DNA of 64,000 nucleotides from Macrostomum lignano. Taxonomy: Eukaryota. Shown here piece after piece: positions 49,201 through 62,000 of the stretch. Under the pieces are notes generated by a model. That model was not told the origin of the DNA. It did not search any database and saw nothing but the letters and a program-made list of their open reading frames with translations. Made by a program: the position numbers and the translations under genes. Position 1 is the stretch's first letter. Each line of letters begins with the position of its first letter. The stretch spans positions 62,001-126,000 of the forward strand of contig NIVC01001398.1 in assembly GCA_002269645.1 (NCBI GenBank). Direction: 5' to 3'.

Positions 49201-50640
49201 TCTCACTACAGTGCTCATTGCAGTGTTCCCTCCGCCACCCACCTTGGCAGGCGCCTGTTCCACGTGCACCACATGACCCCGGAGGAGCGGCGCTACATGG
49301 TGCAGATGGCGTCGGAGCGATTCGACCAGATCATGGCCACCCTGCGCCAGATGCCCAAGTCGCTGCTGCTCTGCATTCGCAACATTAATACTGTGCGCTC
49401 TGTGCTGCAGGTGAGCGCTGAGCTGATTGCGGCTCTCTTCCCCTCTCTCGTCTCTTCCCATCCCTCTTCTCTTCCCATCCCTCTTCTCTTCCCATCCCTC
49501 TTCTCTTCCCCTCCCTCTTCTCTTCCCCTCCCTCTTCTCTTCCCCTCCCTCCTCTCTTCCCCTCCCTCTTCTCTTTCCCTCCCTCTTCTCTTCCCCTCCT
49601 TCCTCTCTTCCCCTCCCTCTTCTCTTTCCCTCCCTTTTCTCTTCCCCTCCTTCCTCTCTTCCCCCTTCCCCTCCCTCTTCTCTTCCCCTCCCTCTTCTCT
49701 TTCCCTCCCTCTTCTCTTCCCCTCCCTCCTCTCTTCCCCTTCCCTCCCTCCTCTCTTCCCCTCCCTCCTCTCTTCCCCTCCCTCCTCTCTTCCCCTCCCT
49801 CTTCTCTTCCCCTCCCTCCTCTCTTCCCCCTTCCCCTCCCTCCTCTCTTCCCCTCCCTCTTCTCTTCCCCTCCCTCTTCTCTTCCCCTCCCTCCTCTCTT
49901 CCCTTCCCTCCTCTCTTCCCTTCCCTCCTCTCTTCCCCTCCCTCTTCTCTTCCCCTCCTTCCTCTCTTCCCCTCCCTCCTCTCTTCCCCTCCCTCTTCTC
50001 TTCCCCACCCTCCTCTCTTCCCTTCCCTCCTCTCTTCCCTTCCCTCCTCTCTTCCCCTCCCTCTTCTCTTCCCCTCCCTCTTCTCTTCCCCTCCCTCCTC
50101 TCTTCCCTTCCCTCCTCTCTTCCCTTCCCTCCTCTCTTCCCCTCCCTCTTCTCTTCCCCTCCTTCCTCTCTTGCCCTCCCTCCTCTCTTCCCTTCCCTCC
50201 TCTCTTCCCCTCCCTCCACTCTTCCCCTCCCTCCACTCTTCCCTTCCCTCCTCTCTTCCCTTCCCTCCTCTCTTCCCCTCCCTCCACTCTTCCCTTCCCT
50301 CCTCTCTTCCCTTCCCTCCTCTCTTCCCCTCCCTCCCTCCTCTCTGCCTAAGTGTGTCAATCGCAAAGCGCTGGCAACCGCCCTCCAGGACCATGGCCAC
50401 CCGATGAACCGCTACCCGGTGATGTTCGCCGCTGCCCTTCGCGGCCAGTTCCCCGACCGCCTGCGCTGGCCGGACCGCCTCCGCCTCGGCTGGCTGCTGG
50501 CCGCCGCCTGGCTGCGCCTGCTGGCCGACCGGCTGGTGGCCGGGCTGGCCGCCTTCTACCTGAGCCGCTTCGCGCCGGAGGCGAGCGCCGCGATAGCCAA
50601 GACGGCGGCCAAGACCAGCGAGGCGCTTGGCGGGGTCTGA
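46298..50640 (+). CDS. ADCK5: aarF-domain (ABC1/UbiB) atypical kinase ADCK5, 529 aa; exons 46298-46791, 47868-48180, 48514-48884, 49251-49410, 50389-50640
   Basis: [64 protein letters not shown] match ADCK5 as recalled; all junctions GT-AG and in phase (1590 nt). Confidence 0.93.
46850..47710. repeat. ~42-bp G-rich minisatellite, ADCK5 intron 1
   Basis: Unit GTAATTAGGGCAGGTGATAATTGATGTCAGTGTGGGGTGCGG. Confidence 0.96.
48240..48430. repeat. 22-bp purine-rich minisatellite, ADCK5 intron 2
   Basis: Unit GAGAGAAGAGATGAAGGGAGGG. Confidence 0.93.
48930..49200. repeat. 24-bp minisatellite, ADCK5 intron 3
   Basis: Unit CTTTCAATCTCACCTCAGTCTCAA. Confidence 0.93.
49430..50342. repeat. Almost purely pyrimidine (CT-rich) tandem array, ADCK5 intron 4
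   Basis: Direct reading. Confidence 0.97.
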
Positions 50641-51404
50641 CATGCCTGCCGCTGCGTCGCTGACCTCAGGGATGATTTAGTGTAGTATATTTGTCAGACC
50701 ATGAAGCGCTGCAAGTTAAGCATAGTCTATCGCGGTTAGTATGCAGCTAAAATAGGCTCCTTGCGTCACCGTCACTTCTCCAGCGAGCGTGAAAATATTA
50801 GTTAATCACAGGTTCACCGGCTTTGAAGTATAACAAATCACCAGAACAAGTCCATCAACCCAGTGCAAAGAAAACTCGGTTTGATATCCGTGAAACCTTT
50901 CTGAACCAACCCTGTAGTATCTATTAATTATAGCTTCCCATGCCGTTCGTAGTTGAATTCTAGAATAATTCCAGTTATTATCGATCATATATGCATAGCT
51001 AACTCAATTTCTGTGTAAATTGCATTTTATAGTTAATTGCTTTTTTGCCCAAGTCAAATTGATTGATTACCTGTACTATTACTAATAGTAGTTCGAGTAT
51101 TCACTTTGCAATTTTAGTTCAGTAAAAAAATTAAGTGTCTCAACATTCTCGTCTTTCTATCAATGAGCTGAGATACAGTGTATGTGACTTTAAAGCATCG
51201 TTATTGTAATCGGTTCCTGAACTCAAAACTCATTTTGAGCTCGCGAAAAGTACACTCTGTCCTTATAATTGCAGCTTTGTATTTTATTCTGATCTTTTGA
51301 ATTAGACTAACTAATCGCTTAATTGATCCATTTTTGGCTTTCTTTTTTTGTCTTTTAACGCTTGTCAGTGCCAACATTTAGTTAGCCACCCTATGGCCCA
51401 TGGC

Positions 51405-53570
51405 CTCCTCTTGTGTCCCATGTCCTCCTCTGTGTCCCATGTCCTCCTCTTGTGTCCCATGTCCTCATCTTGTGTCCCATGTCCTCCTCTTGTGTCCCAT
51501 GTCCTCATCTTGTGTCCCATGTCCTCCTCTTGTGTCCCATGTCCTCATCTTGTGTCCCATGTCCTCCTCTTGTGTCCCATGCCCTCCTCTTGTGTCCCAT
51601 GTCCTCCCTGTGTCCCATGCCCTCCCCTTGTATCCCATGTCCTCCTCTTGTGTCCCATGTCCTCATCTTGTGTCCCATGTCCTCCTCTTGTGTCCATGTC
51701 CTCATCTTGTGTCCCATGTCCTCCTCTTGTGTCCATGTCCTCCTCTTGTGTCCATGTCCTCCTCTTGTGTCCCATGTCCTCCTCTTGTGTCCCATGCCCT
51801 CTTGTGTCCCATGTCTTCCTCTTGTGTCCCATGTCCTCCTCTGTGTCCCATGTCTTCCCTGTGTCCCATGTCCTCCTCTTGTGTCCCATGTCCTCCTCTG
51901 TGTCCCATGTCCTCCTCTTGTATCCCATGTCCTCCTCTTGTGTCCCATGTCCTCATCTTGTGTCCCATGTCCTCCTCTTGTGTCCCATGTCCTCCTCTGT
52001 GTCCCATGTCCTCCTCTTGTGTCCCATGTCCTCATCTTGTGTCCCATGTCCTCCTCTTGTGTCCATGTCCTCCTCTTGTGTCCATGTCCTCCTCTTGTGT
52101 CCCATGCCCTCTTGTGTCCCATGTCTTCCTCTTGTGTCCCATGCCCTCCTCTTGTGTCCATGTCCTCCTCTTGTGTCCCATGTCCTCCTCTTGTGTCCCA
52201 TGTCCTCCTCTGTGTCCCATGTCCTCCTCTGTGTCCCATGTCCTCCTCTTGTGTCCCATGTCCTCATCTTGTGTCCCATGTCCTCCTCTTGTGTCCATGT
52301 CCTCCTCTTGTGTCCCATGTCCTCCTCTTGTGTCCATGTCCTCCTCTTGTGTCCATGTCCTCCTCTTGTGTCCCATGCCCTCTTGTGTCCCATGTCTTCC
52401 TCTTGTGTCCCATGTCCTCCTCTGTGTCCCATGTCTTCCCTGTGTCCCATGTCTTCCTCTTGTGTCCCATGCCCTCTTGTGTCCCATGCCCTCTTGTGTC
52501 CCATGCCCTCTTGTGTCCCATGTCTTCCTCTTGTGTCCCATGCCCTCCTCTTGTGTCCCATGCCCTCCTCTTGTGTCCCATGTCCTCCTCTGTGTCCCAT
52601 GTCCTCCTCTTGTGTCCCATGCCCTCTTGTGTCCCATGCCCTCTTGTGTCCCATGTCCTCCTCTGTGTCCCATGCCCTCTTGTGTCCCATGTCCTCTTGT
52701 GTCCCATGTCCTCCTCTGTGTCCCATGTCTTCCTCTTGTGTCCCATGCCCTCTTGTGTCCCATGCCCTCTTGTGTCCCATGTCCTCCTCTGTGTCCCATG
52801 TCTTCCTCTTGTGTCCCATGCCCTCTTGTGTCCCATGCCCTCTTGTGTCCCATGTCCTCCTCTGTGTCCCATGCCCTCTTGTGTCCCATGTCCTCTTGTG
52901 TCCCATGTCCTCCTCTGTGTCCCATGTCTTCCTCTGTGTCCCATGTCTTCCTCTTGTGTCCCATGCCCTCTTGTGTCCCATGTCCTCCTCTTGTGTCCCA
53001 TGTCCTCCTCTTGTGTCCCATGCCCTCCTCTTGTGTCCCATGTCCTCCTCTGTGTCCCATGTCCTCCTCTTGTGTCCCATGCCCTCTTGTGTCCCATGTC
53101 TTCCTCTTGTGTCCCATGCCCTCTTGTGTCCCATGCCCTCTTGTGTCCCATGTCCTCCTCTGTGTCCCATGCCCTCTTGTGTCCCATGTCCTCTTGTGTC
53201 CTATGTCCTCCTCTGTGTCCCATGTCTTCCTCTGTGTCCCATGCCCTCTTGTGTCCCATGTCCTCTTGTGTCCTATGTCCTCCTCTGTGTCCCATGTCTT
53301 CCTCTGTGTCCCATGTCTTCCTCTTGTGTCCCATGCCCTCTTGTATCCCATGTCCTCCTCTTGTGTCCCATGTCCTCTTGTGTCCCATGCCCTCCTCTTG
53401 TGCCCCATGCCCTCCTCTTGTGTCCCGTGTCCTCCTCTTGTGTCCCGTGTCCTCTTGTGTCCCATGCCCTCCTCTTGTGCCCCATGCCCTCCTCTGTGTC
53501 CCATGCCCTCTTGTGTCCCATGTCCTCCTCTTGTGTCCCATGCCCTCCTCTTGTGTCCCGTGTCCTCACC
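51405..53570. repeat. ~20-bp satellite (TTGTGTCCCATGTCCTCCTC), ~2.2 kb, between ADCK5 and the Ig gene
   Basis: More than 100 variant units; source of the long spurious six-frame ORFs. Confidence 0.99.
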
Positions 53571-54779
53571 CGTGTTTCATACCCTCAGCACTCCCTGTGC
53601 TATGACTGATTCATCCTACTCTACTTAAAGTAGCAAGCGCAGCAAATGCAAACTGCCAGCTACACTGCAAGCCTTGGAAATTTATCGCTAGCCCAAGGCA
53701 GTCAAAAATGCAGTTTTGTTTACGCATCAAACTCTCTCTGGCAGTGAATTTTTAGTTCGTTTCCAAAATTTGCTTTCCAAGAAAGCGAGCGCCGAATTAA
53801 ATTCGTGCCAGTCTAGCGGGTCGGTGGGCGCCCCGCCCCCCCCCCGCCCCCCTAGCAACAAAATCATCCACCATTGGTATTGGGAGGTTCATGGCAAAAC
53901 ATGACCGCTCACGTCAATGCGATATTCTTAGCGAATTTCTGTCTATTCCTTGTTTCTGTTTGCCCCCGCGGGCTGCGGCTCTCTCTGCTGTGTTACCTGC
54001 GCTCCACCCTCCGGGGCACCACTCTCTCTAAATCCCTGTTTAAACAACCATTCAACATATTGCTCCCTAAGGGCTGGGATAACAGTCGGGGGGGGGGGGG
54101 TTCTGGGCCGGCCTTTCAGAAACAGCCCCCCTCCCCAAGGCAGACAGATCCGCCATCAATCAATCATTATTCTCAGCCCGCTCCCCCATCACTCTGCTAC
54201 TCCCTGTCTTGATCGGTCAGGCATTTACCTGCGATGGCGCACTTGCAGGCTTCGCTACTGCTGTATCGCTCGGTTTTTATCCTTTATAAATTCTCTTAAT
54301 CCAAGCCGGGGACTTCAAGGCTGCACTTTCGACTTTGACCGGCTGTCGCCCCAGTGCCCGACAGAGCTGGGACTCGAACTCTAATCACTCATCGAATAGG
54401 GGCGGGGGGTCTGTAGTGATTCTCTGGCACTCCTGATTAGTCCCTTCCGCTCCTCCCGTTCGGCCTCCCGGGCGCACTGGGTCCTTGCTAACTTGTTAAA
54501 AGGAGTCGATGAAGCTGAGAAGCTGGGGAGCTCAGGAGGGGGGGGGCAGAGGAAAGCCACGCGCCTGATTGGGCGGGGGAAGTGGCTCTTTTGAATTGAT
54601 CTGCAGCTGCCCAGCTGCACTGGGTGGGAGCCGGAGTCTTCAAGCTTGTCCTGTTCTCATTCTTCACTTGATTGACATTTCACTGCCCGGATTCCACCCG
54701 GATGTGGGGGCTACAAAGCTCACAGGATTGTTGGAGATTGCCGTATAGTGTCTGATCCTTCGGTTTTGGATATCCCTGT

Positions 54780-55012
54780 TGCTGAGCCAGCCTCCCAGAT
54801 CCTCAGTTGCTGGGCCAGCCTCCCAGATCCTCAGTTGCTGGGCCAGCCTCCCAGATTCTCAGTTGCTGGGCCAGCCTCCCAGATCCTCAGTTGCTGAGCC
54901 AGCCTCCCAGATCCTCAGTTGCTGGGCCAGCCTCCCAGATCCTCAGTTGCTGAGCCAGCCTCCCAGATCCTCAGTTGCTGGGCCAGCTTTCCAGATCCTC
55001 AGTTGCTGGGCC
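54780..55012. repeat. 28-bp minisatellite (GCTGGGCCAGCCTCCCAGATCCTCAGTT)
   Basis: About 8 units. Confidence 0.95.
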
Positions 55013-55415
55013 ACCGCCAGGCTCCCAGATAAAAAATTCCCAGATAAATTTTGCATGAGCGACCTAAGAAAACATTTTCTCAGTTTCCAAGCGGCATCCA
55101 GTCAGTCGGAGATGCTTGGTGATTGACATGCGAATGTCTGCTTTATTTAGGCTGAAACGGCTGAAACAATACACGAAAATTTATGGAATATTTCTGTAAC
55201 TTTGGAAAAACTATAAGTATTATGCGCACACTTTTATAACAATTATCAAAGTAAATTGGCTTGCAAATACACAAAGAATTAGGTTTTTACAACGAACAGT
55301 GATTTACGATCTACCAGAAATTGCACTAAGTGAAAGATGTGAGCTTAAAAAAGCCAGTTAGCTTAACAGCTGTGTAGGTAAACAGTTCCATTACTGAAAT
55401 CCTCTGATTGACAGC

Positions 55416-56107
55416 CTAGATTCTGGGCCAGTTTGCAAGCCATGCTGTTGCTGCGGTTAAAGCGAATGTTGATGAAGCTGATGCTTCTGACCCGGCTGAT
55501 GATGACGTAACCAGGCCGCCAGCTGTAGCAGCGCAGAGGAGAGAGGGGGGTGGGAGGGTGAGAGACTTCTGCGGAACTGCAATTTCGGGAATAATTGCAG
55601 ACTGGGGGTGGCTTGACCCCCCCCCCGCCAGTTCTGCGCCTTTCCGGGCTTCTCCTTGACCGGAGCTATAGTCGCTTTGAGTCACTTTTGATGAAGCTCA
55701 CTGACTGCTTAGCACTGAAGTTCAGGGATCCTGCAGTATATATGACTGCTATAAAGCTATCAGCATGGGCTATGCCTCATCATAAATATAAGTGTGGAAA
55801 TTTCGCTGTCCATCCAGATATAATTTCCTCAAGGCGGCCAGTATTATTATTACTGAATTGTAATTTATAGCTTGCTTACCTTCTCTTGCCATAATCATAA
55901 TGCAATTATCTCTGCAATTGCCTGCCTTGCTATGTGCCTGCTGTATTTCACTACTCTGTCTGTCTACCTGCCTGCCTGTCTGTCTGTCTGTCTGTCTGTC
56001 TGTCTGCCTGTGTCTGTCTGCCTTTGTCTGTCTGTCTGTCCGCCTGCCTGCCTGTCTGTCTGTCTGTCTGTCTGTCTGTCCTGTCTGTCTGTCTGTGTCT
56101 GTCTGCC

Positions 56108-56178
<71 letters not shown>

Positions 56179-59035
56179 GTCTGTCCTGTCTGTCCAGCTC
56201 ACATGAGTGCTTGTCAATCCTGGACTCTGCAGCGTCGATGGCCTCAGCGCTGCCGGACGCTGTGCCGGGCTGGGAAGCGGCAGCGGGCCGGGACGCAGAG
56301 GATGCTGAGGCAGATGATGAAGCGTAATACGGCGGAGGCGCCGCTTTAGCCGCAGAATCCTTTGCCTTCTGCTGCTTCACCCGGCTGGGGTCTTGGAGCT
56401 CTGGAATGAATGAGAAGTGTAAAACTTATTTAGCACTTTGAGATGCATTCCGGATTCGGGACTCCGATTGAGTATTCGGGACTCCGACTGAAGGTTCGAG
56501 ACTCCGATTGAGTATTCGGGATCCGATTGAGTATTCGGGACTCCGATTGAAGGTTCGGGACTCCGATTAAAGGTTCGGGACTCCGATTGAGTATTCGGGA
56601 CTCCGATTGAGTATTCGGGATCCGATTGAGTATTCGGGATCCGATTGAGTATTCGGGACTCCGATTGAAGGTTCGGGACTCCGATTAAAGGTTCGGGACT
56701 CCGATTGAGTATTCGGGATCCGATTGAGTATTCGGGACTCCGATTGAAGGTTCGGGACTCCGATTGAAGGTTCGGGACTCCGATTGAGTATTCGGGATCC
56801 GATTGAAGATTCGGGACTCAACTGTCTCAAGCGCCAGGACTCGAACTCACCCAGCACGTGAGCCGCTTTGCGGTCCTCACCCAGCTCGGACTTGGCCACG
56901 CACTCGTACACTCCGAAGTCTCCGGCGGTGAGGTTCCGCACCAGCAGGTCGATCCGCGTCATCGTCTGGAACCCGTCGCCGTCCACCTCGTCGCCAGCGC
57001 TTGTCGTCTGCTGGTAGAGGCAGTGCCGCCCGCCGCTCCAGCAGGTGGCCGCATCCGGTCCAGGGCGGAAGCGGCGGCCGCGGTGCTCCCAGTAGAGCTC
57101 GCGGATCGGCAGGCCGCTGACGGCGCACATCACCATGGTGGAGTGGCCGCGGGACTGGCTGATCTGCTCGTTGGCCACGCTGACCCGCGGCCGGTCTGTG
57201 GCGGTCGAGAGCGATAGAGGGGATCTCTTGCAGCGAGTCGTAGAGGTGAACTTTGAGACTTGAGAATGAATCGCAGAGAGTGAAACTTGGAGAGTGGATC
57301 TGACGAAGTGAATCGTAGAGTGAATCTTAAACATTGAGTCATAGACAACCGTAGAGAGTGAGACCATACAGTGAGACCATAGAATTTTAGAGTGAATCTC
57401 ATCGAGTGAATCACAGAATCCTACAGAGTGAGTCTTATCGATGGAATCATAGAGAATCGTACAGATTAAACCTATAGAGTGAATCTTATAGATTGAATCT
57501 ATAGAGTGAGTCATACAAAATCTTAAAGAGTGAATCTTATAGATTGAATCTATAGAGTGAATCATACAAAATCTTACAGAGTGAATCTTATAGATTGAAT
57601 CTATAGAGTGAATCATACAAAATCTTACAGAGTGAATCTTATCGAGTGTATCATAGAGAATCGTACAGAGTGAATCTTACCGAGTGAATCATAGAGAATC
57701 GTACAGAGTGAATCCTATAGATTGAGTCCTAGACAACCGTAGAGAGTGAATGGTACAGAGTGAATCTTATAGAGAGAATCTATAGAGTGAATAGTAGACA
57801 GTGAATCTTACAAAGTGAAACGCAGAGAGCGAAACTTAGAGTAAGTGAATCTAAAATGAAGTCTAGGCATTACATAAGCTGTGCCCAGCTACTCACAGTG
57901 CACAACAACTCGAATCTCGCGCCTATCCGCCGGCTCCTCTCCGTTGTCGGCCAGACACTGGAAGATTCCGTCGCACTTCCGGCTAGCCGAGGCCACGGTG
58001 TACACCGGGCCGGAGCTCAGCGCTGTGAGGAGTCGAAGAGGGTGCAGGTGCTAATTGATTTGGAGCAGTTAATTTGGAAACCCAGGAGGGAGCAGAGTAG
58101 CTTAGCGGTAAGTCACGAGAAAGTCAGGGCCGCTCTAGACCTTGTGCAAGCGTGTGCCCAGCGAAAGACCCAGCTGATTAGGCCATGGTAGCGGTTGTCG
58201 CCGCGATTTTCTGCAGTGCAGTCTTCTCCATACAGCCTTTTGCATGGCAATGGAGCAACCGGGTGACGCTGGTTTCCACAGAGAGAGTTTTGTCAGTCGA
58301 GTTTGTCTATGGTCGAACCCCATTCATCTATTAGTATACTCAGTATGGGGGTTGCAGCCTAGTGGTTAGAGCGTCGGACTCACGACTTGAAGGTCGGAGG
58401 TTCGATTCTCGGTCCACTCGGAACAATTCGTTTCTTTGGCAAGACACTTAACTCTGCATTGCTTTAGTTCACCCAGCTGTAAAATGGGTGCCAGCATCAG
58501 CTGGGGTAGTTGGGGTGTGTGATGCGACCCCCCCTCCCCCCAGTCCTTGGACTGAACAGCCGTACGCAGCCTTCAGATGCGCCGCGCAATAGCTGCGGCT
58601 GAGCTGTCGGTTGCACATCTGGGCATTAGGGCAGGTGTAATCAATTATTATTATTTGGAGAACGAAATGGTGTTGCGCCATAGACAAAATCGGTCGAGAG
58701 AAATCCGAGGCCATCTTTCAGCGGGTCAGGAGTGGGTTGCCACGAGCCGTATTGTGTTTTTACCGATAGTCTCCAAGCTCCCAGAGTCCGGGTTTGACTG
58801 TCGACTCCCATGAATTTCTCGTTTATCATCTGCCTGTCGGACCTTCAAAGCGACAATTGGCGAATCATCGAAGCGCAGACGGTTGGTTGCTGGGAGAAAT
58901 CAATCAGACGGTTCGAAGCGTGACTGCTATTCCCCATGCAAACGATATTTGTTGAGTTGTCAGGCAAATCCTTCGTTAATCCCTTTGAAATGTACTTTTA
59001 CAGCGAATGGCCCGGGATTTAGTAAAATCTCTAAA

Positions 59036-59069
<34 letters not shown>

Positions 59070-62000
59070 TTTCCTATTTTTGACAGGAATCATTCCATTA
59101 AGTAAAGCCTCTGCCTACCATATACCATTCATTCAGGAATCTATTACACATCTTCAGTAGTAATTTGTTACGCCTAACTCAGACCTGGTCTGGCGCCTCT
59201 CTTACACCTGGTCTGGTGACTCCATTACAGCAGGTCTGGCGCCTCTCTTACACCTGGTCTGGTGACTCCATTACAGCAGGTCTGGCGCCTCTCTTACACC
59301 TGGTCTGGCGACTCCATTACAGCAGGTCTGGCGCCTCTCTTACACCTGGTCTGGTGACTCCATTACAGCAGGTCTGGCGCCTCTCTTACACCTGGTCTGG
59401 CGACTCCATTACAGCAGGTCTGGCGCCTCTCTTACACCTGGTCTGGTGACTCCATTACAGCAGGTCTGGCGCCTCTCTTACACCTGTTCTGGCGCCTCTC
59501 TTACACCTGGTCTGGCGACTTCATTACAGCAGGTCTGGCGCCTCTCTTACACCTGGTCCGGCACCTCCCTTACACCTGGTCTGGCGCCTCTCTTACACCT
59601 ACCTGTTCTGGCGCCTCTCTTACACCTGGTTTGGCGCCTCTCTTACACCTGTTCTGGCGCCTCTCTTACACCTGGTCTGGCGACTTCATTACAGCAGGTC
59701 TGGCGCCTCTCTTACTCTTGGTCTGGCGCCTCTCTTACACCTGGTCTGGCGCCTCTCTTACACCTGGTCTGGCGCCTCTCTTACACCTGGTCTGGCGCCT
59801 CTCTTACACCTGGTCTGGCGCCTCTCTTACACCTGGTCTGGCGCCTCTCTTACACCTGTTCTGGCGCCTCTCTTACACCTGTTCTGGCGCCTCTCTTACA
59901 CCTGGTCTGGCGCCTCTCTTACACCTACCTGGTCTGGCGCTCTCTTACACCTGGTCTGGCGCCTCTCTTACACCTACCTGTTCTGGCGCTCTCTTACACC
60001 TGATCTGGCGCCTCTCTTACACCTACCTAATCTGGCGCCTCTCTTACACCTACCTGTTCTGGCGCCTCTCTTACACCTGGTTTGGCGCCTCTCTTACACC
60101 TGTTCTGGCGCCTCTCTTACACCTGGTCTGGCGACTTCATTACAGCAGGTCTGGCGCCTCTCTTACTCTTGGTCTGGCGCCTCTCTTACACCTGTTCTGG
60201 CGCCTCTCTTACACCTGGTCTGGCGACTTCATTACAGCAGGTCTGGCGCCTCTCTTACACCTGGTCTGGCACCTCCCTTACACCTGGTCTGGCGCCTCTC
60301 TTACACCTACCTGTTCTGGCGCCTCTCTTACACCTGGTTTGGCGCCTCTCTTACACCTGTTCTGGCGCCTCTCTTACACCTGGTCTGGCGACTTCATTAC
60401 AGCAGGTCTGGCGCCTCTCTTACTCTTGGTCTGGCGCCTCTCTTACACCTGGTCTGGCGCCTCTCTTACACCTGGTCTGGCGCCTCTCTTACACCTGGTC
60501 TGGCGCCTCTCTTACACCTGGTCTGGCGCCTCTCTTACACCTGGTCTGGCGCCTCTCTTACACCTGGTCTGGCGCCTCTCTTACACCTACCTGTTCTGGC
60601 GCTCTCTTACACCTGATCTGGCGCCTCTCTTACACCTGGTCTGGCGCCTCTCTTACACCTACCTGTTCTGGCGCTCTCTTACACCTGATCTGGCGCCTCT
60701 CTTACACGTACCTGTTCTGGCGCCTCTCTTACACCTGGTCTGGCGCCTCTCTTACACCTACCTGTTCTGGCGCCTCTCTTACACCTGGTCTGGCGCCTCT
60801 CTTACACCTGGTCTGGTGCCTCTCTTACAGCAGGTCTGGCGCCTCCTTTAAAGCTGGGTTGGCCAGAAGGTCCAAAAGGTTGGAGCATAGTTAAATCTGC
60901 ATTGACAATCTTCCATAATGGCTTAGATAGAGTACATTGGGGAGATAAGATGATGCTGGCCGAGTGCCAAGGCGACTCACGAACTAATCGTCGACCGCTA
61001 CTCAGTGACTGGCCGCTGCTGAGCCGCTTAAACCACGAGATGCTGGGCGGCGGGCTGCCGTCCGCTGCGCAGCGCAGAGTCAGCTGCTGACCCTCGACAA
61101 CCAGCACCTTCAGCGGCGAGGAGTCGGCGGCGCGAATGCGGGGCGGAACTGCGGGAGGGTGAGTAGACTGTGAGAATTGGTGTGAGTAGAGTTTGAGAAT
61201 TGGTGTGAGTAGAGTGTGAGAATTGGTGTGAGTAGTGTGAGAGAATTGGTGTGAGTAGAGTGTGAGTAGAGTGTGAGTAGAGTGTGAGTAGAGTGTGAGT
61301 AGAGTGTGAGAATTGGTGTGAGTAGAGTGTGAGAATTGGTGTGAGTAGAGTGTGAGTAGAGTGTGAGTAGAGTGTGAGTAGAGTGTGAGTAGAGTGTGAG
61401 AATTGGTGTGAGTAGAGTGTGAGAATTGGTGTGAGTAGAGTGTGAGAATTGGTGTGAGTAGAGTGTGAGAATTGGTGTGAGTAGAGTGTGAGAATTGGTG
61501 TGAGTAGAGTGTGAGAATTGGTGTGAGTAGAGTGAGAGAATTGGTGTGAGTAGAGTGTGAGTAGAGTGTGAGTATTGGTGTGAGTAGAGTGTGAGAATTG
61601 GTGTGAGTAGAGTGTGAGTAGAGTGTGAGTATTGGTGTGAGTAGAGTGTGAGTAGAGTGTGAGAATTGGTGTGAGTAGAGTGTGAGAATTGGTGTGAGTA
61701 GAGTGTGAGTAGAGTGTGAGTAGAGTGTGAGTAGAGTGTGAGTAGAGTGTGAGAATTGGTGTGAGTAGAGTGTGAGAATTGGTGTGAGTAGAGTGTGAGA
61801 ATTGGTGTGAGTAGAGTGTGAGAATTGGTGTGAGTAGAGTGTGAGAATTGGTGTGAGTAGAGTTTGAGAATCGGTGTGAGTAGAGTGTGAGAATTGTTGT
61901 GAGTAGAGTGTGAGAATTGGTGTGAGTAGGGGCAGAAATGTATGGACTAATGCAACACCGTCAGGACTAGAGCAACTCGAAAACACATCATTAAGATCAT

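Noticed and set aside
49411-50388. ADCK5 intron 4 is open and in frame (978 bp), suggesting a retained Pro/Ser/Leu insert
   Set aside because: A pyrimidine-only tract cannot contain stops. Canonical donor and acceptor are present and the spliced product matches ADCK5 without an insert.
51348-53628. Very long ORFs (400-750 aa) in all six frames
   Set aside because: They translate a 20-bp satellite lacking stop codons; no coding signal.
59036-59070. (CCGAAGT)n heptamer run as a transposon end
   Set aside because: No matching inverted end or TSD found nearby.
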